Assembly (NCBI GenBank): GCA_020137815.1
Contig: CM035353.1
Coordinates: 1,736,001-1,800,000, forward strand
Origin: Hormiphora californensis
Taxonomy: Eukaryota; Animalia; Ctenophora
Direction: 5' to 3'
DNA length: 64,000 bases
The position numbers were made by a program, and so were the translations under genes. Below, one piece after another: positions 13,411-25,587 of this stretch. Below the pieces are notes generated by a model. It was not told where the DNA came from. It saw only the letters and a program-made list of their open reading frames with translations, and searched no databases. Positions within the stretch are counted from its first letter, which is position 1, and each line of letters starts with the position of its first letter.

Positions 13411-13610
13411 AATTTCGCATTGACTGAACAATTAATCTTTTGGTGTTTCGCAATGTCGAATAAGTTTTGTATTCATTGGGATCGGTACTCAGTATCAAAC
13501 GCTGTACTCATATCAAGAAAATAATAATATGCATATAGGATAGGGGGCTCCGAATACCGGTCTGAGAATCAAATCTAAATACATATTAGCTATAAAATAA
13601 TTGTCATGTG

Positions 13611-13698
13611 TATTCTTTAATTGGATACCGGAGCCCAATTATGTTGTGCTCCATGGTATTTGAACGGTGTCGAATGCCTTTTTCAGGTCTATGAAAAA
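13611..13698 (+). repeat. Leader + anti-DxxKAFD cassette, copy E
   Basis: Variable part reads FFIDLKKAFDT. Confidence 0.8.
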
Positions 13699-14267
13699 GC
13701 TGATATTTTAATGTTCCACGCTATGAATATTTTGGTGATAACCAAAACACTTCCTTCCACTTCTTTGCAAGCGACGGCACGTCAAGGGTTCCATATACTG
13801 CTCTTATAGGATGAAGCCAACCATTTGCTCCTCATGTCGAATATTATATAGCCTGTTATTTATATATAGACAAGGAGGTTTTGTCCCAGACACAATTATC
13901 GTTATGCCAGTGTCATGCCTCTTGATCCACTGTTTCATGGTGTCCACCGTGGCCTGTTTTCCAGGAATCCTGGTCTCCTCCAAAATAATATCATAATTAG
14001 GTAAAGACACTTAGATCAAAGGCAGCACTATAAGGTTTAATAGAACAACAACTAGTGGTGAAGTCAGTATTGTCAATAATATCTTTGTTAGATCTGCAGA
14101 AAGATAGGATACGTCAAGGGGTGATTTGATATAAAGATCTGATCAGGGAGAGTGACAGCCTCCTTGACAATATTGGTGATCATTGTGGTTTCGTATAGCA
14201 TGTCCTGATACTCCATTCCTTCATTGTTTCCGCTCCCCTAGCACATACATTTATAAATTAACATATG

Positions 14268-14349
14268 CTTTTATTCGATGCCGTAGACCAAGTGGCACTC
14301 CATGCGGTATTCGAATACTATCGAAAGCTTTCTTGAAGTCAAAATAGAT
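14268..14349 (+). repeat. Leader + anti-DxxKAFD cassette, copy F
   Basis: Variable part reads IYFDFKKAFDS. Confidence 0.8.
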
Positions 14350-15021
14350 ATGTTACAGAAGCTATTTACTTGCAATTTACAACTGCGCTTGGTTGTAATG
14401 GAAATTGCACCCTTTTATCCAACTGAATATCTCACTTGCTACAGGATAGTTACTCATATCAAAATGCTCCCTCATTTCCATCACCTTCTCTTAAAATTAT
14501 CGCAGGTGCTATGATACAAAAACTGTCTGTATATCGGTGAAACGAAGCACCGATAAGGACGTCTGCTGATGTGTAGCTTGATTACTGATCTTTCCTGTCA
14601 AATTGGGTGGGGTGGGGGAATTATAATTTATAATGCTCAAAACTCAAAAGTTTGCCGATGGCACTACTAACTGCAACTGCTTTATTATATTATAGTTGTC
14701 TTCTGTTGCCCATTCTATTGCCCATTGTTCTTCTGTTGCCCATTTTGGACAATCAATATAAGTTAAATTAGCTAAGAATTAAAACCTTAAGTATATATAG
14801 TAAAGTACTGTGAACAGTGCTTTTAGGACGTTTTTGCTCTAAATATCTTAAATATGCCATAGTTCATCTCCACTTTCTTTTCTTTGTTACATGTCAGTTA
14901 TCATGAACTGTGAAATTTAAAAATGTTAATAAATTAAAAATAATCATTGCGCTGGCAGAGGTACTCCTATCGGATCCCCCCGAAATTTGAAAAAAAATCC
15001 ATTTAATGATATCATCTTATA

Positions 15022-15197
15022 CAGTCGGACCCCGATTTAGGGGCCCCCGATTTAGTGGCATCCCGATTTAGGGACAGGATTTTTTTTCCCCGATATAGGA
15101 AATTAACATTATTTGACCCCGATTTAGTGGCACCCCGATTTAGTGGACAAGAGCCTAGCCTTTCCCCCGAGGGTGTCCCTAAATCGGGGTCCGACTG
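15022..15197. mobile_element. MITE, CAGTCGGACCCCGATTTA family
   Basis: TIRs and TA flanks. Confidence 0.92.
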
Positions 15198-15460
15198 TAC
15201 TATTATATCTTCTTGTTATAGCTACATCATCCGTGAATATCAATTTAATGTTAATTAATCGAATCAATACTTTATATATGTGGGAAAGCAGTGTCAGCGC
15301 TGTTGCACCACGAATCAATACATTTCCAAAATACAGGATTTTCTGTTTAGCTAGAGGATGGCTAGCTGTTATAGTATAACTTATACAGTGAAAGCTCTCC
15401 TGTTTTTTCATTTCTTTTGCTATAAAATTTACTGTTTTTCTTATAAACTTAATGTCTCTC

Positions 15461-15658
15461 TCAATCCCTGAACCTGAAGGTACGTTGTCTGTACGTTGCC
15501 TGTTCCTGTCTGCCCGCCTGTTCTATAGCCAGTGCAGTTCCATTCTGCCGATCGATTCCTACACACATCGCTACTGCGTGTGTTGTCAGAGCCACACGTC
15601 TTTCGATAGCCTGGCTGTGGCATGGCACATCATTGAGATCCACTGTTAGTTCAAGCAA
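15461..15658 (-). mobile_element. DNA transposase C-terminal fragment (PCHxQAxER motif, hAT-related); duplicated at 16446-16600
   Basis: VPCHSQAIERRVALTTHAVAMCVGIDRQNG resembles the PCHTQAVERxVKLVTEA..VCG..RDG motif. Confidence 0.6.
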
Positions 15659-16737
15659 GGTTATAGGATTTAGCGTGCCGTCCTCCGCTATGTAACAGGT
15701 ATATCCCTGCGGAATAGAAGGTAGTTGTTAAAACTGGAAATTATACGAAACAAACGGTATCTAATTCAATCTGGGCAATGAACTTACATTCACTCCAATT
15801 GATGTGGTGATAAGTTGGCTGACAGATGTTGCGCCCAGGTTCACTTTGGGCTTGCGGTACACGTCCCCCACTCTCCATGGTTTGAGGTTATCGAACTGTA
15901 CTGAGGGAGGGTTTTTAATATGAGCAAGTGAGATAATTTCTACTTTTTGGTCACCCATGTATTTTGGTCAGAAAAAGTTAAGGGTGAAATGAATTAGCCT
16001 GACGTCTTTTCGACCGAATCATCTACAAAGTGAGCTACAAAGTGAGCTCTCCCTCTCTCTCTCTTCGATATTTAACATTTGTTGCACTGACATCACGAAA
16101 ACTAAGAAAATAGATTACAAAAAATACAAATCAGTCTGTAAATTAAACAGACTCCCTCTCTCTGTCAGCTGGACTAATATAATATGTCTCTTCTATACAT
16201 CTTAACATCTTCGATATTTAACAATTGTTGCACTAACATAAACAGCAGTAGCGATGTGTGTTATAGAAATATGTCACAAAAATACAAAGCAGTGAGTGCA
16301 AGTGTCTGTTAAGTGTAAATTTAACATAACCCTCTCTGCCCAGAAAGACGTGTGGCTCTTAAAAACAAGCAGTAGCGATGTGTATAGGAATAGAAGAGGA
16401 TAGATAAGAGAGCCCGTGAATAACAGCACAGTGTCTCTAATCATGTCATCGTGGATCATCTAATCTATCCTCTTCTATGGCTAAAGCAGTACCGTTCTGC
16501 CGATCGATTCCTACACATATCGCTACTGCGTGTGTTGTCAGAGCCACACGTCTTTCTATCTCCTGGCTGTGGCACGGCACCAAGTCCAGTTTGAGTTGAC
16601 TGTTGAGTAACGGGGTTAAGGGTGCCATACTCAGCAATATATAGCAGGTATATTATATCCTTGCGGAATAGATAGCTCTTGTTCTTGCATCGAGATGAAG
16701 GGTTGGATCTGCAAAAGGTTTCCTTTCCCCGGCCTGC

Positions 16738-16920
16738 TAATTACAGATCCTGAAAGGATACTCGGCAGCTGTACCAGGCCATATACACTGTATATTATAC
16801 AGACGACCTGGGCTGGAACTATTCTATAGCACTGCTATAGAATAGCTCCAGCCCAGGTCGTCTGTATAATATACATGTATATGGTACAGCTGCCGCGTAT
16901 CCTATCAGGATCTGTAATTA
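16738..16920. mobile_element. Palindromic MITE / hairpin
   Basis: TAATTACAGATCCTGA...TCAGGATCTGTAATTA with ~85-bp complementary arms around GCACTGC. Confidence 0.8.
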
Positions 16921-17025
16921 TTAGCTATACACCAGCTGGTAAACACGCGCTGCAGTAAATGAAACTTACCAACATCGCATTTGTATCTCTGAAATGAAAT
17001 CCTAAATATATCAAAACGTGTATAG

Positions 17026-17112
17026 TATTCTTTCATTCGATGCCGGAGACCAATTAGTACTCCATGGTGTTTCAAGAATGTCAAACGCCTTGGCAAAGTC
17101 TAGGTAAATCAC
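17026..17112 (+). repeat. Leader + anti-DxxKAFD cassette, copy G
   Basis: Variable part reads VIYLDFAKAFDI. Confidence 0.8.
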
Positions 17113-18724
17113 ACTGCCATTATATTTTAAAAGTGCTATGGAAGCAAAGAACCTCGGCCATGTGTCCAGCCTGTCTGCCTGTTTTGCTGTCATGAATTCC
17201 TCCAGTAATTAACGCACCACCTTCTTAGGAGCCCTTTGTCAGTTCACTGGTGATCGTGTTGACTGTTTTTGTGCAGTCGCCGAAAGTAGAAGAGGAAGAA
17301 CTCATGTTAATGTTTAGGGGATTGGGGTAGGACTTAAGGAAGCGACGAGGTGTTAGGTGTATGTTAATGTTTGTAACAATGGGAGAATGATAGATGCGTA
17401 CTCTGGGTGGTGTTGTTCAGTAGCCTTAATAAATCCTTAAATGGTGGAGTCGGTCGTGCTGACTGTTGAGGATGTATCCATATTACAGGGTTTTCTATTT
17501 CCCCCGAACCATCTGTAATCCGTCGCGAATAAACTCGATAGTTTTTATTCGTCAGTAATTCACTTGTTGTGGAATATATACCGCTTTGTTTTAAATGTTG
17601 TCTGAGAGCGTATAATGGCAGGCAATGGGCACGTTCCCCGAGTGGCAGAAGCGGCGTGCTTTGTTCACAATGATGACCTGGAATTAATGTCAACTTTCTC
17701 TCAAATATATTTTCGCATGTCGTGCATTTGTATGTTGGCTTATTCATTTCTAATTAGAAACCTCCGATTCCACATCTAGTTCTCTTCCGTTCATCCCAAA
17801 CTCTGTGGTATTTTTGTAGTGCCTTCCCAGGTATGGAGTTAACTCCAAAGGACGATCCAGCAAGTATCCTGGTCAATCAACGTTTGTGTTTTAAACAGGA
17901 AATCATAGAATTATATCAGAACTACCCTGTGGGCAGGGGCCTGCCAGGGGGTTCTGAAGAAGAGGGCGGTAGAGTGGGCACCACCCTGGCAGCCCAAGAA
18001 GAAGGTGGGTAGGTAGTTGCTAAATAGGGGTTGAATCTCTACTAGGAAGTGTATTATTGACAGTAAATCCGAGAGCCGCAACAAAGGCTTTAGCAAGTTG
18101 ATTGATTGATTGAAGAAATTTAATGTTGAACAAAATAATGGACAAACACACTATAAAACAGTCCGTAATTTAGCCCGTCCCCGTGCGAGGAAAATCGCTA
18201 GTCACACTAAAAACAAAAGGAACTCAAAACAGTTTCTCGAAGATCCACAGGCTTGTGGGGAAATGTGTGCACATGTGTATTCCTGTCCCCCTGGCCTTTC
18301 TATACAATCTGCTAGATCACCGTTTTTCGTTCCTATTTATTTAATTAATTGATATACCACAGATCTAGTTCTTCTACATCTGATCCAAACACGTTATTAG
18401 TGTCTACGTATTCTCCTCCTTGTCGAGTAAGGGCAGCCAGGGTTAATTGCCCAGCCATACAAGTTATTGGCATCATCGTCTCGTGGGGACGTGGGAGAAA
18501 AAGAGCTCGTTCATATTATAATAAGTACTCATGATATTATATATATATATATAAGTATATAAGTAATATTTTCCCTGTGTTTGCTGCTTCGACAGACTGT
18601 TGCAAAACAAGGCAATGATCTCGTACTCTGTCTACTCCTAGCTACACTTATAAAAGTTAATATAAAGATACTTTATAAAGATATTTTCCACACAACCCAG
18701 CTCTACAGCTGACTATGTTTTATA

Positions 18725-19366
18725 CACGGTGTTCATTTTGGATCTTTACAAGCGTTGGGCTTCACCCACAAAAAAGTCTGCAAGATTAGCTTATGAAACT
18801 TCGTACTTGGACTATTCTATACCCTCATTCAAGGTTCCTGGTGTTTTCGGAGCTCTAGCACCCCGGGAAGTGTGTTTTTAGCATCAAAAGGAATTTTTTG
18901 CTGATGCTGAGACTTCGCTAAAATGTTTTTTGGGTATTTTCTATGTCAATCCCAAAGTTTCATGATGATTAGATGTGTTTTTCGGTCTCAGAATTTCGAA
19001 AAAGTGGCTGGAATGACTCTAAAATGGCTTAAAAATTGACATTTTAGAGTCATTCCGGCCACTTTTTCCGAAATTCTGAGACCGAAAAACACATTCAATC
19101 ACCATGAAACTTTGGGATTGACATAGAAAATACCCAAAAAACATTTTAGCAAAGTCTCAGCATCAGCAAAAAAATTCCTTCTGGTAGTTTTGATGCTAAA
19201 AACACACTTCCCGGGGTGCTAGAGCTCCGAAAACACCAGGAACCTTGAATGAGGGTATAGAATAGTCCAAGTATGAAGTTTCATAATCTTATCTTGCAAA
19301 CTTTTTTCTGGGTGAAGCCCAACGCTTGTAAAGATCCAAAATGAACAGTGTTCATTGAACACCCTG
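18725..19366. mobile_element. Fold-back element of the same family as 1345-2878
   Basis: Near-perfect palindrome with ~310-bp arms; termini CACGGTGTTC / GAACACCCTG. Confidence 0.9.
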
Positions 19367-19369
19367 TTA

Positions 19370-20577
19370 AGTCATGGAAATGTTGTCAAAAACAGCCCGA
19401 ACCTAGAAATCATTAGGGGCAAGCTAATTTTTGCACAATCCGATAGTCAATAGGCCCCTGAACCACCAAAAAAAAGTCCCAAGCCCAACTCCTGGGGGAA
19501 GTGCCCCTAATTGGCCCTAATTGATTACAGTGTATTTGTAACCATCGATTAAATCGTAAATCGTCTTAGGAAAGGGGTAGAGAGAAAACCGAGGGCACTA
19601 AAATGATCAGCGTCCTCGAATTAGTGGGGGTAGGTGCTAAAATTAAGTCTCTATCTCATCTGGTTAATTAGATAATTGGATAATTAGATCCGCACATAGC
19701 CGTTTTTGGCCATATGGCTATAGCCACTTGGGAATGGTTTAAAGACTTTTACTGGTGCCATTTCGTAGGCAATGGCTAAGTTATGGGGGGTCGTGGTCGG
19801 ACTTTTAAGCTCTATCTCCAACCGTTTACCCGTTATTTGGGTTCAAAGGTGCTGAAAATGAGCAAAAAATGGCAAAAAGTACGATTTTGAGCCTCTTTGT
19901 GGACACGCTCATTTTTAGTCATTTTTGCCGCGCGAGCCAATCAGAGGCCAGAATTTCGAAATCCAGCCCTCTGATTGGCTCGCGCGGCTAAAAATGAAAA
20001 AAGTGAACCACACCTTCCCGATAAGATAGAAAGCTAATTCCGGTTGCGTTGGATTCGTCTTGAAAAGCTGATTCAGAAAAGCTCCGTGCCTCATCTGGAC
20101 CTTATACACCGTCAGACACTACTAATTAACCAGATGAGATAGAGACTTGATTTCAGCACCTACCCCCACTAATTCGAGGACGCTGATCATTTTAGTGCCC
20201 TCGGTTTTGTCTCTACTCTTTTCGTAAGTGGCTATAGCCATATAGCCAAAAAACGGCTATGCGCAAACCTAATTATCCAATTATCTAATTAACCAGATGA
20301 GATAGAGACTTAATTCCAGCACCTACCCCCACTAATGTGAGGACGCTGAACACTTTGGTGCCCTCGGTTTTCTCTCTACTCCTTTCCTAAGACGATTTAC
20401 GATTTAATTGATGGTTACAAATACACTGTAATCAATTAGGGCCAATTAGGGGCACTTCCCCCAGGAGTTGGGCTTGGGACTTTTTTTTGGTGGTTCAGGG
20501 GCCTATTGACTATCGGATTGTGCAAAAATTAGCTTGCCCCTAATGATTTCTAGGTTCTAACAAGAATTCCATGAATT
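19370..20577. mobile_element. Fold-back element with long inverted arms
   Basis: Arms GAACCTAGAAATCATTAGGGGCAAGC.. / ..GCTTGCCCCTAATGATTTCTAGGTTC; TA flanks; absent from the paralogous block at ~22280-22300. Confidence 0.85.
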
Positions 20578-20618
20578 ATGTACAATGAACTTCATCATAA
20601 ACTCTCTAAAACTCTAAA

Positions 20619-20805
20619 ACCGGATATTCATCACACATGATGTGCTGTTTGTCAACGATCAATGATATGTCGTTGACAAATGACAAACAGCACATCATGT
20701 GTGATGAATATCCGGTGGTATTCGGCAACATGGAAAAATCCCTTCTTCACTGATATGATATTACCATATCAGTGAAGAAGGGATTTTTCCATGTTGCCGA
20801 TTACC
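20619..20805. repeat. Two abutting hairpins (20619-20716 and 20717-20805)
   Basis: Each has ~35-40 bp near-perfect complementary arms. Confidence 0.9.
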
Positions 20806-22638
20806 ATAGTAGGCAATGAAAGGCTAATTGAGGATCAAATAGACCTAGCTCGGCTAGCCTTGTGGTCGTAGAATGCCCGTACCGGCGTGGCCGCGGTAAG
20901 AGCGGTGCAATATAAAATACATTCAGCTTTATGAGCTTTAATAATTAATATATAGATGGTCTTTGTGACTGTTTAGTCATCTCTTTGTGATAGTCTCTTG
21001 ATCCCTTAATGTGGTAGTCCCTTGAGCCCTCAATCCAGCACTGATCGATCCTAGGATAATATCGTTTCATATTACCTTCGCCTCTTCTAGCTGTGAACTA
21101 GAAAAATGACAAATTTCTACGAGGGATCAGTATACGCCGAATACAATTATTATTCTCTACATGTGTATTCTACTAATCATACAAACTTTTACTAATCACG
21201 AAATCACGAAATCAATTTGGCCTCCTTTGCCTGCTGGAGAAGCTCCTTCATCTCCTGTTGCTCTCCTGCCATTTTACAGGCTGCTGTGAGGTTATTCCAG
21301 GTAATAGGCTGTCCTACACTGTTGTACATGTCCGGGTTGACAATCAGCAATTCGGAAATGATTCTTAGTCTAAACTTGACCAGTGACCGTTGTAACTCGA
21401 AGGTCGGCCTCCGAAAATGCCTCCTTTGACCTTTAGAAATTATCCTCTTCTTACAGCGGTCAAGACAACGTTCTACAGTTTATTAGTATGAAATTTTATT
21501 AATTAACAAATTAATCAAAACTATTTTAAAACTATTTTAAAACTTGAATTATTAAACTTTATTAATTAATATAGATGGTCTTTTTGACATGTCTAGTCAT
21601 TTCCTTGTGGTAGTCGATCCTGATCCCACTGCAGCCTACTTGCTGATCCTTGAAACTCAGCGGGATATTGTTCCAAAATTTCACAAATCTTTTATGAGCA
21701 ATTGGAAAATATCAAATACCAAATACAAATGTATAATATTTAGGCCATTTATATACTTGTCCATGCTCCATATAATTTCTCTGAAACAGATAAAATTCTT
21801 CTCTTATGTAGAATGTGTTGGGGATGGACGTTGTGTCGTTGTGCATGGCTGGTGTGTTTTAGTAAAACAGTTAACTACCTTGTTTATATGTAGGAATTTC
21901 AAATCCAACGTTGATCGTTGATCAATCAACATTGGCTGGATATCAGATTACTTTTTGGGTTTTAAACAAGAAATTATAGATTATAGAATTATATCAGACC
22001 TACCCTGTGGGCAGGGGCCTGCCAGGGGGTTCTGAAGAAGAGGGCGGTAGAATGGGCACCGCCAGCTGGTAGCCCCCGGGACACCCTCGGGGGAAAGGCT
22101 CTTTATTTAGGCCTAAATCGGGGTCCGACATATAAGTATGTATATAAGTAATGTTTTCCCTGTATTTGCTGCTTCGACAAACTGTTGCAAAACAAGGCAA
22201 TGATCTCGTACTCTGTCTGCTCCTAGCTACACTTAGATATAAAGATATTTTCCTCACAACTTTTAAACCAGCTCTACAGCTGACTATGTTTTATCCCCTG
22301 TTTTATACAATGAACTTTATCATAAACTCTCTAAAATTCTAAATCCGGATATTTGATTATTATGAGTTCTTTTCGGATTGTTTTTATATCCGCGACAGAG
22401 TCTATAAATTCAAATTCAAATTCAAATTCAAATTAAAAAGTACTTAACAATAATATTATTGTCATATAACTATAGGTAAAAAAGTGGGAGTAGGAGGGGT
22501 AGAGAGAGGGTTCAGGGGGTTGAGAGGAGAGGTAAGGTGGGCGGTGGTAGTGTGTGTATTATGGGTTGATGATGGTGTGAATTAGGTGAGAGAGATGATG
22601 ATTGATATGTGAGGGGAAGACATGACCACGAAGGGAGG

Positions 22639-22758
22639 TTCTATACATAGGTTCCATAGTAGCGGTGATAGGATTCCTCCCTGAGGTGTTCCTCTTTCAA
22701 TTCTCCAACTTATGGTTTCTCCCCCGAGTTCTAGCATGATTGTCCTGTTTCTTAGGTA
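22639..22758 (-). mobile_element. LINE RT fragment (R1/I-like)
   Basis: YLRNRTIMLELGGETISWRIERGTPQGGILSPLLWNL. Confidence 0.85.
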
Positions 22759-24510
22759 AACTAAACTAACCAGTGACCGTTTTAACTCAGGTCGGCCTCC
22801 GTCAATGTCTCCTTTAGAAATTGTCCTCTTCTTACAGCGGTCAAGACAGCGTTGTACTGTTTAATGTTTATTTATATAAAACTTTATTAATTAATATAGA
22901 TGGTCTTTGTGACTGTCTAGTCATCTCCTTGTGGTAGTCTCCTGATCCCACAGCCTACTTGCTGATCCTTGAAACTCAGCGGGATATTGTTCCAAAATTT
23001 CACAAATCTTTTCCGCTCGTTTACCGCATTATAGGTATGAGCAATTGGAAAATATCAAATACCAAATACAATTATATGATATTTTAGACTGCCATATTTA
23101 CGCTCGTGAGTTGCTTAAAGTGTGTCGGTATACTGGCTCCCAGTTATACTCTCCAGGTCAGTAAGTACGTCGTCTATATGGTCCACCAGTTGAGAAAGAC
23201 CTTGCTGTCCTGTATTGAGAACATCATTATATATTTGATGGAATTCTAGTTGTGTTAGACATGATCTTCCTGATCTGAAACCATGTTGGCATGTTGGTTA
23301 TGATAGCAGAGATAGTAGAGTTAGTGGTCATTCGTCTGTACACTTCATCAGCGGTAATTGCAATAGCCTGGTTAGTTTTGACTGATATTGCCAACAAGAT
23401 CCTCAGCACAGAGGGAGCCCGGTCCTTCGATTTTTATATTAGACAAGTTTTTTAACAAGTTTGTTGTCTGGCGGCGATGAGTCATCACCAGAATTATTAT
23501 CTTCATCAGGAGGGTCATCATCGGCTTGTGGGTCAAGGCATGACATCGGGAAACAAAACATACCTCAAATTAATTTTATGAAATTAAATAACCAACTCCG
23601 TCGTAACATGTATTATTATTATGTATTACTATTATAATGTACAAGCTCGCAAGTAAATAATAAATATGTGCTCAAACAGACTTTTACTTGCAACCACTTA
23701 CACTATAGTTTATTGCTGATTGTAGAAATGTCCAGGGGAGGTTTAACTCAATCAAAAACTTATTTATTCATTACACTCATTTTATGATTTATGAAATTAA
23801 TTCATATGAACCACTGCCATGTTAAATATTGCATGAGCATACTTCAATGCTGCGTCACATGTTAGTGCCGGAAGTTACACCATTTCTTACAACATTTTTT
23901 ACAACAAGTCATCAATCTCGCCTTACAGGGGTTTGCTTGTTCGTTAATTCTCTACACACCTCCAGTAATTCTGAGGGATGGAACCCTTCGGTTCAGCGGG
24001 GCCATGAAGACCTTGGGGAACTCGGAAGGGGCGGGGTCGTAGGGGTGCACCCTGTTAGTTCTAACCCTTATCTTACCCCCTGATGATGATATCGGAGTGG
24101 GGGGTTGAGGGGTCGGCATGGTCATCCTGAATTCCTCCACTGCCTCTTTTAACATTTCCCGCATAAAGTCACACTTACTTCTGTTCTGCTCCCACCTGGC
24201 CCTGGGGGAGCTAGCTCGTCCAGTTTCTTCTTGCTTTCGATGAGTCTTGGTATTGTCTCCACTCTCATCGTGTAGTAAGTGGTCGTCAGATTCACTATCT
24301 TCCATAGACCGTCAGGAACTAGTTCAACGTCCTCTCCGATGAAAATGGCCGTGAGTGTGGGAGGAAGATGAACGCATATGGGCACTTTGTATAATACTAG
24401 CCTTAGATGGATTCTAAGCTATACTAGATAGTAATATTCTAGAATCGACATGTTTTTACGGTAGATACTTACATCTAGTTTCTTGTCGGTAAAGAATTTC
24501 TCTATCTCCG

Positions 24511-24789
24511 TTACTTCTGGTTCAGACAGGAGGGAATAGTATTTAGAAAAGGTCTGTATCTCCGTTTCGCTCTGTACCATATATGTGATGATGCAGTCCT
24601 CGCTTTTATTTCTTTCATTCTAGGACATTCATACAGGATGTGTTCGGCGTTTTCTTTGGTGTTGCATATGTCGCAGTATGGAACTATACGGTTTGACACG
24701 GTTTGCAAACAATTCCACACGGGTTTCCCGATGCGTAGGAACTGGGTGGTGCCTGGGTGGGTTGAACGGAATTCCGTGAGTATCTCCAA
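24511..24789 (-). mobile_element. LINE ORF2 C-terminal CCHC knuckle fragment
   Basis: CDICNTKENAEHILYECP. Confidence 0.75.
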
Positions 24790-25480
24790 CAGTATGCAGT
24801 ACTCAGTAGTTTCCCAATTGCGCTGCTAAGTTGAAGATTTTTCCAATTTCTTTGGGCATTATTCTAGGAGCTCGTACACAGTACATGTAACTAAATCAAT
24901 CTAAAATACTTAAACTCAATCTCCATCATAGTTTATAGAGATGGTATCTCAGCTTCCGGCTTGATCAACAGGGACAAAATGAAATTACGGTGTTTTATTA
25001 AACGGAACAGTTTCGATGTCACAACATCAATCTCCATCAGCAATATCTTCATTATCTTCTAAAAAGGAGTCTGTTGATGAATTGTTGATATATTCTTCTA
25101 TAATTTTAGTGACTTCTTTGTTAGCCCTCGATGTTGTCATGATAGTTATCGGGATTGCCCCTATTCCCCTTCTTATGTAGAGGAGTAATAACGCTATTGG
25201 TCCACGACTATGATCAGTTCTACTTCCTGACAGCGCGGGGCCTGTCAAGTACGTCTTCATGGTGATGTTTTTCGTTAGCCGCACCTCTCGCTTAATACCG
25301 TTGAATTGCTGCCCTAACTCCTCCTATGGAGTCCACTACCCGTAGATTTGAATCGATTCCTCGCCAATATATTAACTAGTCCCAATTGCCGGGAGGATCC
25401 TCATTCACTTGCGGTTAATATTGGCGATTAATAATTGAATACTCTTATATACTAATATTAGTATTAACATACTTCTTAGG

Positions 25481-25587
25481 GTGACCTCAGCCTCGACAAT
25501 GGCCTTGTCAGAAGTGTTCCCAGGATACAATTCGCTTATCCAGGTTACCACTCCATGTGGACTGATACCAATCATGCCTTTCAATGT
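25481..25587 (-). mobile_element. ISL2EU/Harbinger-type (DDE_Tnp_4) transposase fragment
   Basis: TLKGMIGISPHGVVTWISELYPGNTSDKAIV. Confidence 0.8.

Larger units (their letters stand above)
10485..14285. repeat. Direct segmental duplication (10485-11645 vs 13789-14285)
   Basis: Near-identical blocks TTCCATATACTGCTC...TTATTCGATGCCGTAGA; the first copy carries the fold-back insertion. Confidence 0.9.

Noticed and set aside
7013-17112. Prokaryotic CRISPR array
   Set aside because: The repeats are degenerate, irregularly spaced and in eukaryotic DNA with no cas genes; the repeat-spacer comparison is only an analogy
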